Source: an uncultured Methanosarcinales archaeon (GTDB lineage Archaea; Halobacteriota; Methanosarcinia; Methanotrichales; Methanotrichaceae). Taken from it: a stretch of 64,000 bases of DNA. The position numbers were made by a program, and so were the translations under genes. Shown one piece after another: positions 52,508 to 64,000 of this stretch. Within the stretch, counting starts at the first letter, position 1. Every line of letters starts with the position of its first letter. The stretch lies in contig CAWJKV010000016.1 of assembly GCA_963843555.1 (NCBI GenBank), forward strand, positions 45,700-109,699. The letters run 5' to 3'. A model generated the notes under the pieces. That model ran no database searches, was not told the origin of the DNA, and was given only the letters and a program-made list of their open reading frames with translations.

Positions 52508-53047
52508 TTAAGGGACAATGCTGGCCCGGATGATCTTGACTTCCTGCAGCGGCCGATCATTGGCATCGGTCTTCACCTTGCCAATTGCATCCACCACGTC
52601 CATGCCCTCCACTACTTTTCCGAAGGCGGGATGCTTATCGTCCAGGAAGTTGTTGTCCACCAGGTTGATGAAGAACTGGCTGCCGCCTGTGTTCGGCCCG
52701 GCAGTTGGCCATGGCGATGGTGCCGCGGTCGTTTCTGTTATGATCGGTGAACTCATCCTTGATGTTATAGCCCGGACCGCCCATGCCCGTGCCCTCCGGG
52801 TCTCCTCCCTGAATCATGAAGCCGTCGATGACCCGGTGGAATATGATTCCATTGTAGAATCCCTTCTCGACCAGTCCTTGGAAATTGCCAGTCGTGATGG
52901 GCATGTCGTCGTAGAGCTGAATGGTGATATTGCCCATGCTCGTCTCCAGGAGAACCTTGGTCTGGTTATCCGCTGCACTGATCGTGCCGGTTGCTGGCCG
53001 CGGCCAGCATCAAGAATGCTGACTGCCAAAATGATCTTAATTCGCAT
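52508..53047 (-). CDS. Cyclophilin-type PPIase with an N-terminal signal peptide (frameshifted)
   Basis: [28 protein letters not shown] and HPAFGKV motifs; hydrophobic N-terminus. Confidence 0.88.
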
Positions 53048-53078
53048 CATCGATCAGCTAGCTACACGCTGAGAAGAA

Positions 53079-53449
53079 TTAAGCTTTTCTCGGGACTGGA
53101 GAATTATGGGAAACAGACCGGAGATGGAAGAAGAGCGGTGAAGGAATGGAAATAGAATGGAAAAGGGATGATGCTCGGAACAGCATCTGCTTCATGCTCT
53201 TCGTTGCCCGGTTCTCGTCCACCACGATGTAGTCCTTGACAGCCACCACGGAGGCGAAGGGTATGAGCACAAACTTCCCATCCTCCCGGTACTTGGAGCG
53301 ATTGAGCCCTGAGTCGGGCTTCACCACCAGATCCACCAGCTTTCCCGGTCTGTCAGATCGATGACCATGTTCTCCAACTCACCGAGCACCGTGCCATCGA
53401 CGTTCACAATCTCCTTGCCTGCTATGCTTCCCGCGAAGACCTTACCCAA
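53079..53449 (-). CDS. PRC-barrel domain protein (frameshifted)
   Basis: GKEIVNVDGTVLGELENMVID...LVDLVVKP...IPFASVVAVKDYIVV. Confidence 0.75.
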
Positions 53450-53515
53450 TTCCCAACACCTCCCTTTAATGAAATCGATATCAACTATTCGTTCATTCTT
53501 TTCTTACTTACGAGA

Positions 53516-55743
<2,228 letters not shown>

Positions 55744-56045
55744 CTAAGCCTCTTTCGATTTAAATGTATCCTGTGCTGGTGAGATTTTTTAAATAGGAAG
55801 TAGATAGTAATCTATTTAATATTTTTGGCGGAAAGACATAATTGCCCATGTTCTCATATCTTCTTATTATTTCTGTTGGACCTGTATCACTAACTGAACC
55901 GCATCATTCTTCTCCCGGGAGAAAGCGACCCAGAAAATTCCGACTAGCATAATTTGATCCGTCTGAACAATGAAGAAAAATCGGAATATTTAAGTAATTT
56001 AAAGATTCATATACTTAGAAATCATCCAAAAAGGAGTTGAATTAC

Positions 56046-56369
56046 ATGGAAAAAGATATAGCAAAAATCGGAGTAACAATACCAGCGTGGCTTTTGGAGA
56101 GGAAGATCATATGCTACTACCTCATCATCAGAGATTGCTGCTGGAACAATAGGGAGTTTGCAGATGTGCTCCAAAAAGCTCCGGAAAAACCGCTCTATGA
56201 GATGATATCCAAGCATATGAGCGCCTTCATGCAGCAAGGAACAATGCCTCCCGCAGAGATCGCTCCGGCCATCATGAACCTCATCGATGACCAGAGCTCT
56301 GGCAGAACCATGACCATGAGGGCAGGCGACTACATCTCTCTGCAGAACTATCTCAGAAAGTCAAAATAA
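56046..56369 (+). CDS. Small hypothetical protein, possible radical-SAM substrate/precursor
   Basis: AGGAG RBS; Cys/aromatic segment WLLERKIICYYLIIRDCCWN; directly upstream of the rSAM/SPASM gene. Confidence 0.65.
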   Translation: MEKDIAKIGVTIPAWLLERKIICYYLIIRDCCWNNREFADVLQKAPEKPLYEMISKHMSAFMQQGTMPPAEIAPAIMNLIDDQSSGRTMTMRAGDYISLQNYLRKSK

Positions 56370-56465
56370 GCAGATCAAAGCACCGGGCGATTCGTACTTG
56401 GTAAACAATCTTTCTTGATGACGATAAGTTCAACATGTATGAATCGTAAGGGCTTGAAAATAATT

Positions 56466-56494
56466 AGGATGGGGGCCAGCGGCTCCCCAATCCT
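56466..56494 (+). terminator. Intergenic GC hairpin
   Basis: AGGATGGGGGCC-AGC-GGCTCCCCAATCCT between the small ORF and the rSAM gene. Confidence 0.5.
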
Positions 56495-56505
56495 GCTAGG
56501 AGGTC

Positions 56506-57546
56506 ATGATCCTGAGTTTTGATGGATTTCCATTAATTATTGGCTGGGAGCTGACGCTCGCCTGTAACCTGCGCTGTAAACACTGCGGTTCATCTGCGGG
56601 ACAGCCAAGACCCGGAGAGCTGACACGAGAAGAAGCTCTTAAGTTATGCGATCAATTTCCCGAGCTTCTGGTTCAAGAGGTCGATTTCACTGGAGGAGAA
56701 CCATTGCTCAGATCCGATTGGGCGGATATTGCTGCTCATTTGAGAGATCTCGGCATAAAAACGGAGATACTGAGCAATGGCATTGCTCTGGAGCCGGATG
56801 TAATCTCCAAGATGAAAGAAGTTGGCATCTCCGGGGTTGGAATAAGCCTGGATGGACTGGAGCCGACCCACGACCTCATCCGCGCCCAGAAGGGATCTTT
56901 TCAGCATGTATTAGCCGGCATCAAGAGAGTCCTGGAGGCGGGCATTCCTCTGACTATCATCACCACAGTCAACGCTCTGAACATCGACCAGCTTCCCGAG
57001 ATCGGAGAGTTGCTCAAATCTTTGGGTGTCGAGCGCTGGAGGCTTCAACCCATAGTTCCCTTTGGACGGGTAAAGGGTTCCACAGAGCTTGTTCTGAATA
57101 AGCAGACCTATCTGCAGCTGGAGGAATTTGCCAACAGCTGGAAATCAAAGGAGGGTGAGATGGAGCTGATCTGTACGGATGGCCTCAACTATTTCAATGA
57201 GATCAACCGCCCGGATTATCCCTGGCGCGGATGTCCGGCGGGCCTGGGAACTTGCAGCATCACCAGCGATGGCAAAGTTAAGGGTTGTCTCTCTCTGCCT
57301 GATGAGATTGTGGAGGGCGATCTGCGCAAGAATGATTTATGGGACATCTGGTTTGATCCCAAATCATTCGCCTATACCCGCCAGTTCTCGGCGGAAAAGA
57401 TCGGATCAAACTGCGTTTCCTGTGAAAAGATAGACGAGTGCAGAGGAGGATGTTCATCCAAATCCTACGGAAATTCGGGAGGTTTTAACAACGATCCTTT
57501 CTGCACTCACGGAATCGAGATTCGAAGAGGTCAAGCTGGGACTTGA
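56506..57546 (+). CDS. Radical SAM/SPASM domain protein
   Basis: CNLRCKHC and TGGEP; SPASM motif CPAG...GKVKGC...CVSC..IDECRGGC...FC. Confidence 0.93.
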   Translation: MILSFDGFPLIIGWELTLACNLRCKHCGSSAGQPRPGELTREEALKLCDQFPELLVQEVDFTGGEPLLRSDWADIAAHLRDLGIKTEILSNGIALEPDVISKMKEVGISGVGISLDGLEPTHDLIRAQKGSFQHVLAGIKRVLEAGIPLTIITTVNALNIDQLPEIGELLKSLGVERWRLQPIVPFGRVKGSTELVLNKQTYLQLEEFANSWKSKEGEMELICTDGLNYFNEINRPDYPWRGCPAGLGTCSITSDGKVKGCLSLPDEIVEGDLRKNDLWDIWFDPKSFAYTRQFSAEKIGSNCVSCEKIDECRGGCSSKSYGNSGGFNNDPFCTHGIEIRRGQAGT

Positions 57547-57607
57547 TGCTCCTCTGCCATAACCTCTTTTGATCTAATTTAAATATGACCAGCGGCGATT
57601 GATTAGC

Positions 57608-59327
57608 ATGGACCGTCTCGAAGAGCTGATCGCTGCCGCGCGCGGTGAAGTGGAGGTCGATCTGCTCCTGGCAGGGGGCAGCGTGGCCAACCTTCTCTCC
57701 GGCGAGGTGCACCGGGCGGATGTGGCCATTCATAAAGGCCGGATAGCAGGCTTCGACTGCTCCAGCGCTCGCCAGGTCCTGGACCTGAACGGCAAGATCC
57801 TCGCGCCGGGATTCATCGACGGCCACGTTCATATCGAGAGCGCCATGGTCACCGTCCCCGAGTACGCGCGCGCAGTCGTGCCCAGGGGCACCACAACCGT
57901 GGTCGCCGACCCGCACGAGATCGCCAATGTCTGGGGCGAGGCGGGCATTCGCATACATGCTGGAGTCCTCAAGAGATGTTCCCTTGAACGTCTTTGTCAT
58001 GCTCCCTTCTTGCGTTCCCGCCACCAATCTGGAGACCGCGGGAGCGGCTCTGGATGCAGATGCTCTGGCCGGGCTGATGCAGGAAGAGAGGGTCCTGGGC
58101 CTGGCCGAGGTCATGAACTATCCGGGGGTCATCTTCCGCGATCCGGAAGTGATGAAGAAGCTGGCTCTGGCCGGCCGACGGCCCGTGGACGGCCACGCTC
58201 CGGGCCTGACGGGCCGCGACCTCTCCGCCTACATCTCTGCAGGCATCCGCTCCGATCACGAGTGCACCACAATTGATGAAGCCCGAGAGAAGCTACGCTC
58301 CGGCATGTACATCATGCTGCGGGAGGGCAGCGCTGCCAAAAATTTGCTCGATCTGCTGCCGCTGGTCACCCCCAAAAACGCCCGCCAATTCCTTTTCGTC
58401 TCGGACGACCGGCATCCGGCAGACATCCTCCGGGAAGGGCATATCGACTTCATGGTAAGGACGGCCATAAAGCAGGGCCTTGATCCCATAATCGCCCTGC
58501 AGATCGCCAGCCTCAACGCCGCCCAGTACTTCGGCCTCGCGGGATCTGGGCGCCATCGCTCCCGGCTACAGGGCGGACATCGCCGTTTTGGATGGGCTGG
58601 AGCATCCCCACGTGGTCATGGTCATCAAAGACGGAAAGGTTGTGGCGGAAGACGGCGAACTCATCGCCCCGCTAAAGGCTCCGGTCACGGCCGGGCACAA
58701 ATCGATGCAGATCGGCCCGATTGGCCCGCGGTCGTTTGAGATCCTGGCAGAGAAGGGCCCGGCCAGGGTTATTGGCGTTGTTCCTCACCAGATCATCACA
58801 AAATCTCTGCAGCTTTCGCCCAAAATTGAAGACGGAAAGGTCGTCTCCGACATAGACCGGGACATCCTGAAAATGGCGGTGGTGGAGAGGCACAAAGCCA
58901 CGGGCAACGTGGGCCTGGGACTGGTGCAGGGCTTTGGCCTGCACTGCGGCGCCATCGCCACCTCTGTGGCCCATGACTCGCACAACATCGCCGTCGTCGG
59001 CGTCATCGGATGAGGATATGCTGGCCGCGGTTCTGGCCGTCAAGCAGATGGGCGGCGGGCTGGTGGCAGTGGCAGAGGGCAAGGTGCTGGCGAGCCTGCC
59101 TCTGCCTGTGGCCGGGCTGCTCTCGGAGAGGTGCATGCGAGATGTGGCGGAGGGCATTGCGGAGTGCATTGATGCCGCTCGCCGAGCTGGGATGCAAGCT
59201 GGAGGACCCGTTCATGACGCTCTCGTTTCTCTGCCTGCCGGTGATCCCGGAGCTGAAGCTGACGGATAGGGGGCTGGTGGATGTGAAGGTGTTTCGGTTG
59301 GTGCCGATGTTTTTGGGGGAATGCTGA
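57608..59327 (+). CDS. ade: Adenine deaminase (frameshifted)
   Basis: [46 protein letters not shown] and AHDSHN motifs. Confidence 0.95.
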
Positions 59328-59952
59328 AAATTGTCGCTACGATAGGCCACACGTTTTGGGTCTCCTATGAAGTGATGGACAGAAGAGGCAGGTGGTACAC
59401 ACAGCGCCCCCAGTGTCAGTATATGCAGAACCTGGCAGCGACACGTATTTTGTAAGCCCTCGCGGGCATATTCCTGACGATGCAGAGATTGGCAGCTATC
59501 AGGCAGATTTTTATTTATATGCATATTATGACAACTACACTGGGGAGTTGTTGGACCAGCTGGATCAAGTTGCACAGGTGAGTGCCTTCAGCGTTGTAGG
59601 ATGAAGGGATCGAGTCAAGTTAAAAAATTGGTTGCGCTGGCGGTTCACTTAAAAGACTCTGAAAATCATTTTTCCATTCTCCAATTAAATTTGCTCCGTG
59701 TATCTCTATGCATTGAAATTTTGTTCGGCATATCACCAGAGATTCTTCTAATTGCCCTCGGCGTGCATCCTGGCCATCTCGCTTGGTCGGAATGCATATA
59801 TCACAGGGACAGCTGGCCTTCTCCTTCGAAGGGATGCTCCGGTATCTGGTCAGAATATTCGGCCAAGTCCTGGATCTCCAAACCAGCCCAGAGCCCATAT
59901 TTATTGGCCAAACATCACAAGATTATTTATCTTTGGAACGCAAATGTAGGTC

Positions 59953-60324
59953 TATGAGACAGATTGCTTTGCTTCTATTTCTCTCCATGATCGCTTTAAC
60001 CCCGTCAGTATTGGCTCAAGGCTGCGACTGGAGTGGGCACCTGGATCACCGGCTGGACCGGTTAGTGCTCCGAGTGATGTGAAAATGGATCTTCACGAGG
60101 TTTCGCCTAACACTTTTGCAGGGACTTACGAGCATGATGAAGGACAAATTGTTGATGCGAGAGTGAACGGCAATGTATTGAACGGCACTTGGATTCAATC
60201 GGGTGGCCTGCACACGGGTGGTTTCGAGTTTCGCATGAATGCAGGTTGCAGTTCTTTTGAAGGCACTTGGACTTCAGACGAACAAGGGATCGGGAGTGGG
60301 GGATGGAATGGCCATAGGCCGTAG
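59953..60324 (+). CDS. Small secreted protein (frameshifted)
   Basis: MRQIALLLFLSM signal peptide joined to a GTYEHDEG...LNGTW...FEGTW beta-rich domain in another frame. Confidence 0.5.
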   Translation, partial: YETDCFASISLHDRFNPVSIGSRLRLEWAPGSPAGPVSAPSDVKMDLHEVSPNTFAGTYEHDEGQIVDARVNGNVLNGTWIQSGGLHTGGFEFRMNAGCSSFEGTWTSDEQGIGSGGWNGHRP

Positions 60325-60535
60325 GATAAATGCATTCCTACCGAATGTGTTTATCTTCTCATAAGCCATGCAGTTGGATACATTCATCCATTAGAATCCG
60401 CCCCGCTCGCGAAGGCTGATTGGAGCCCCGCGACAATGGCGATCGCCACACCAAAGCAGAGCTATTAAGGCCTGGCCCCAATGGTGTCCGGTCAAGGCCC
60501 GGTTTGTGTCCGGGTCTCCCTTGCGATCCCACAAG

Positions 60536-60938
60536 TTCGACAGTAATGATGCCGTCATGTGTGCCTCAGGACCTCTGGCGTATGTTCGTTCCTACCATCT
60601 CTGCTCAATCGGATTCCTTGATATCTCGCTTCAATCCAAATCCTTTTCTTCTCGGTTTCTCGTTCTACTAACGGGCTCAATTCTACAGGATGATGCACAC
60701 TTGAACCAATTCAAAACATGGTTTCGCTGGAACACCAAGAACTCCTGCAGCATTGCTGCACTTCTGCCCCTAATCGACGCAGATCTGGCCCACAAGCTTA
60801 TGCCTGGAATCATGCTCTACAGCGTTGTCACCGCCCAGGCGGCTGAGATCTACCGCGAGAGGTCCCAAAAGCCAGGACGGCGAACGCAGATGCGATCCTT
60901 GTCGCCGACGGCCCTCATCCTTCCGCCCTGCTGGGAGG
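60536..60938 (+). repeat. Degenerate direct copy of 61585-61975 (upstream region and 5' end of the B12/rSAM gene)
   Basis: ATCCAAATCCTTTTCTTC, TGGTTTCGCTGGAACA.CAAGAACTCCT.CAGCAT, ATCATGCTCTACAGC and CACCGCCCAGGCGG..GAGATCTACCGCGAG occur in both copies. Confidence 0.9.
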
Positions 60939-61023
60939 GGCCAGCCGCCGTGTTCCTGCCCGCGTCTTCAGATACCACGGGCCTTTCGCAATCCTTATAG
61001 CTCTGCAGCGAGAAGTACCTATC

Positions 61024-61179
61024 ATGGCTGGTGCGAAAGAGAAAGCCGTCATTCAGGAATCTACAATTGAAGAGATAGAATTAGAGGCCTCTGAGGTAAA
61101 GGAGTTGGATCAATTAGCAGAAGAGACTCGCAAGTGTGGCATATCCTGGGAAGACCTTAAGGCAGAACTTGGTCTATGA
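61024..61179 (+). CDS. 51-aa antitoxin (not in ORF track)
   Basis: MAGAKEKAVIQESTIEEIELEASEVKELDQLAEETRKCGISWEDLKAELGL. ATGA overlap with relE. Confidence 0.8.
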   Translation: MAGAKEKAVIQESTIEEIELEASEVKELDQLAEETRKCGISWEDLKAELGL

Positions 61180-61466
61180 GCTTTCATGTTCGCTTAAACA
61201 AAGATATCAGGTCTATTCTATTATCGCTTCCTCGCGCACATCAAGAAAAAGTCGGGAAATTAATCGATCGCCTAAGCGAGAATCCATATCCTTCAAGATT
61301 CAAATTCATTGATATTTCATCGACCAATTTTGATATTAAAAAGTGCAAAGGCCATCAAACCAGATTCAGGGTAAGACTTGGCGAATACAGGCTTATTTAT
61401 GATATAGATGAGGCAAGCCAAATGATCCTTATTCTGAAGCTTGATACCAGGGGCGATATCTATTAG
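61176..61466 (+). CDS. relE: RelE/ParE family toxin
   Basis: LSENPYP, IKKCKG, FRVRLGEYRLIYDID and C-terminal RGDIY. Confidence 0.9.
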   Translation: MSFHVRLNKDIRSILLSLPRAHQEKVGKLIDRLSENPYPSRFKFIDISSTNFDIKKCKGHQTRFRVRLGEYRLIYDIDEASQMILILKLDTRGDIY

Positions 61467-61748
61467 ATGCCCAATTGCGGTAAACACGCACGATAAGCCT
61501 CTTTCAGCTTCTTCAAATCTAATGTGGCCATAGATATCGATGGCATCCTTCTTGCCCCCCAGAAGCTTCAGGCAAGTGAATCGCTCGACCGCAACGATGC
61601 CGCCAAGCGGGCCTCCCGCCCCCCAGGCGAGCGTCAGGCCATCTCAGCTCGATCCGATTCCAGCCCGTTTTCCTGCTGCGCCTCATCCAAATCCTTTTCT
61701 TCCCGGTTTCCCCTTCCCGTAACAGCTCAAGCTCCAGGTGACGCATAT

Positions 61749-62867
61749 TTGACCCAGCCCAAAACTTGGTTTCGCTGGAACAGCAAGAACTCCTACAGCA
61801 TCGCCGCCCTGATGCCCCTCATCGACGCCGGCCTGGCCCGCGAGCCGAAAGATGGCATCATGCTCTACAGCTTTGCCACCGCCCAGGCGGAGGAGATCTA
61901 CCGCGAGGTCAGCGGCGCGAGCGTGGATGCCATCTACATCGCCGGCGGCCCCCATCCCTCGGCCATGCCGGAGGAGGTCCTGGAGCACTTCGACTTCGTG
62001 GTGGTGGGCGAGGGCGAGGAGACCCTGCCGGAGCTGATCAGGGCGATAACCGATGGCCGGGATCCGAGGATGGTGAAGGGCATCGCCTACAAGTCCGCAG
62101 GCCGGATCAGGTTCACAGAAAAGCGTGCGCCGGTGGACCTGGACCTCTATCCTCCCTTCTCCAAAATCCTGGCGCCCCTGGAGATCTCCCGCGGCTGCCC
62201 CTGGGGATGCACCTACTGCCAGACGCCGCGGCTTTTCGGCACAAGCATGCGCCATCGTCCGATGGCCTGCATTCTCAGATACGCCCGCCGCCACAAAGAC
62301 ATCCGCTTTACATCGCCGAACTCCCTGGCCTACGGCTCTGACGGCGCGCACCCAGGCTGGATAAAGTCGAAACGCTGCTGCGCGGCCTGGCGGAGCTGAA
62401 GAAGCCCATCTACTTCGGCACTTTTCCTTCCGAGGTCCGGCCGGACTTCGTCTCCCGAGCAGGCGTTGGAGCTGATCACCAGGTACTGCGCCAACAAGAC
62501 CATCAGCATCGGCGGCCAGTCCGGCAGCGATGCGGTGCTGAAGTCCATAGGACGGGGCCACGGCGTCGAGCAGGTGCAGGTGGCCTGCGAGCTGTGCCGG
62601 GAGCAGGGCATCACGCCTCAGGTGGACCTGATCTTCGGCCTGCCCACAGAATCAACGGAGGACCAGCAGCGCACCCTGGACCTGACCAAATGGATAGTCG
62701 GAAAAGGCGGAAAGGTGCGGGCCCATCGCTTCATGCCCCTTCCCGGCACGCCCCTTGCGGGCACGCAGCCCGCGCCCCTGGATGAAGAGGTCGAGGCCTG
62801 TCTGGGCAGGCTTGCTCTGCGGGGAACGCTGACGGGAAGCTGGTCAGCTAAAGGTAGAACTGCTTGA
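61749..62867 (+). CDS. B12-binding radical SAM protein, MJ1487/TIGR04013-like (frameshifted)
   Basis: IAGGPHPS, VGEGEETL, EISRGCPWGCTYCQT, GGQSGSD and HRFMPLPGTP motifs. Confidence 0.88.
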
Positions 62868-63183
62868 ACGGCTTGCGGTATTCATCCTGCAGCTCGTATT
62901 TTATTCTTATCTCCTCGGGCAGGACATGAATCTCTTTGACCGCCTGGGAGAAGAGGAACCAGAGGAAACCCCGGTCGGGGAGCTTGTATCGGTCCGGCAG
63001 GCTGGCGGTGAACTCCGAGGCGCCCAGGATGTAAGTGCGCAACATCTCGCTTCCCGAGGCGAAGAGGAAGGGAAAGCTCAGGTTCTCGACCTCCCGCTGG
63101 CAGGAACCCTGCAGCCGCAGGCGCACATGAAGGAACTCCAGATAATCGTCTTTGGTTATCACCATCTCTCTTTGCTCGCTCAA
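62848..63183 (-). CDS. Hypothetical protein
   Basis: 111-aa ORF with a GGTGA RBS, downstream of mmp10. Confidence 0.65.
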   Translation of the reverse strand: MSEQREMVITKDDYLEFLHVRLRLQGSCQREVENLSFPFLFASGSEMLRTYILGASEFTASLPDRYKLPDRGFLWFLFSQAVKEIHVLPEEIRIKYELQDEYRKPFKQFYL

Positions 63184-63243
63184 TTAAAATCACCGCTCGA
63201 TAGACTGGCAGGGCGATGAGATAAAAGTAATCGTCGTTTGAGC

Positions 63244-64000
63244 CTAAACCACCAGCTCTATCTTTTCCTTTTCGCTCGGCCGGACCGATCTCTCCGGGTC
63301 CGCGATCTCGCAGCTATAAGCTGCATTGAACTCTTGAATGCTCTCCCGAGGTCTCGAGAGTTCAGGTGTCTTGATCCTGGGATCGATCCCCAGATCGTTG
63401 ATCTCTTCAATCAATCCTGTGAAGGCTTCGACTTCCCTTTCCAGAACCTGAGACGGAGTCATGTAAATGCTTCTTTCCGATTCGACAGTGAGGTCGTCAG
63501 GCCCTCTGAAGACCAGCCTGCTCCTGCCGTCACGAACGAATGCCCTGTGGATGTCTCTATCATGAGCAAGTACCATTCCTGGGATAATGACCCTCTCTTT
63601 TACATTATCAAGCGGTAGGTTCTCAAAATCCTCAATCGTGATCAGATAACCCGATCTCCTTTTTTACTGCCACGACATTCACTTCATCTCCAAGTTCTTT
63701 GAATATCGATGACAATAAGGGATAAGCTATGGAGCTGGTAATGATGGTTGCGCTTCTCCGAATAATCGGAAGCCTCTTCAGCTCTTCCTTGTGATGGGCG
63801 AGGGCAAAAGGCGCTCCGGTGCGAGGATCCCATAGAGGGGTGCCAATAACTCTCATATCATACCTTTCGTTGATTGTTGTCGCAATCCCGCATATCTCCT
63901 CTACAGAAAAGGGTCTTATATTCGGCATAATAGGCTCGTTACCAAAGATGAGCCCTTGCTCACGGTTATTTAGCAATACGCAACGCGAGCGTGACAACAT
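63244..64000 (-). CDS. mmp10: C-terminal part of methanogenesis marker 10 (MCR arginine methyltransferase Mmp10-like), frameshift near 63640
   Basis: EQGLI..N.PI, GTPLWDP.TGAPFA, VNVVAVKKEIG(C)LITIEDF, IPGMVLAHD and RGPDDLTVE...INDLG. Confidence 0.8.

Noticed and set aside
61749..62867. MCR glutamine methyltransferase, suggested by proximity to mmp10
   Set aside because: The N-terminal pattern fits the MJ1487/TIGR04013-like family better. The gene is convergent with mmp10 rather than co-transcribed. An HMM search is needed to settle it.

Overview
Archaeal chromosomal window, most likely from a methanogen of the Methanotrichaceae/Methanosarcinales. This is inferred from TBP, Alba, Bud32, CDC48, archaeal ThrRS, a BHB-intron tRNA and an Mmp10-like gene. 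The core part (9-42 kb and 52-64 kb) holds housekeeping genes: hisS, tbp, tRNA-Thr(CGT), an RNA ligase with five CBS genes, purN, polB, gpmA, thrS, cdc48 and ade. Several essential genes are broken by 1-2 bp indels, which points to long-read assembly error. The most striking feature is at about 1.6-8.2 kb: a dense array of seven toxin-antitoxin modules. Consecutive modules are separated by same-orientation, degenerate, GC-rich repeats of about 120-250 bp (core CACGAGCGCAGCC). One module is duplicated with both breakpoints inside the repeat core, which suggests cassette-like mobility, although I see no attC or IntI signature. A second, simpler case sits at 60.5-62 kb, where a RelBE-like pair lies between degenerate direct copies of the neighbouring gene's 5' region. 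Also present are an accessory segment (42.6-51.6 kb) with a catalytic-domain-only tyrosine recombinase, secreted proteins and katG; a small-protein plus radical SAM/SPASM pair that may be a RiPP locus; and phased TATA-box repeats upstream of tbp. All family assignments come from motif recognition by eye, not from database searches.
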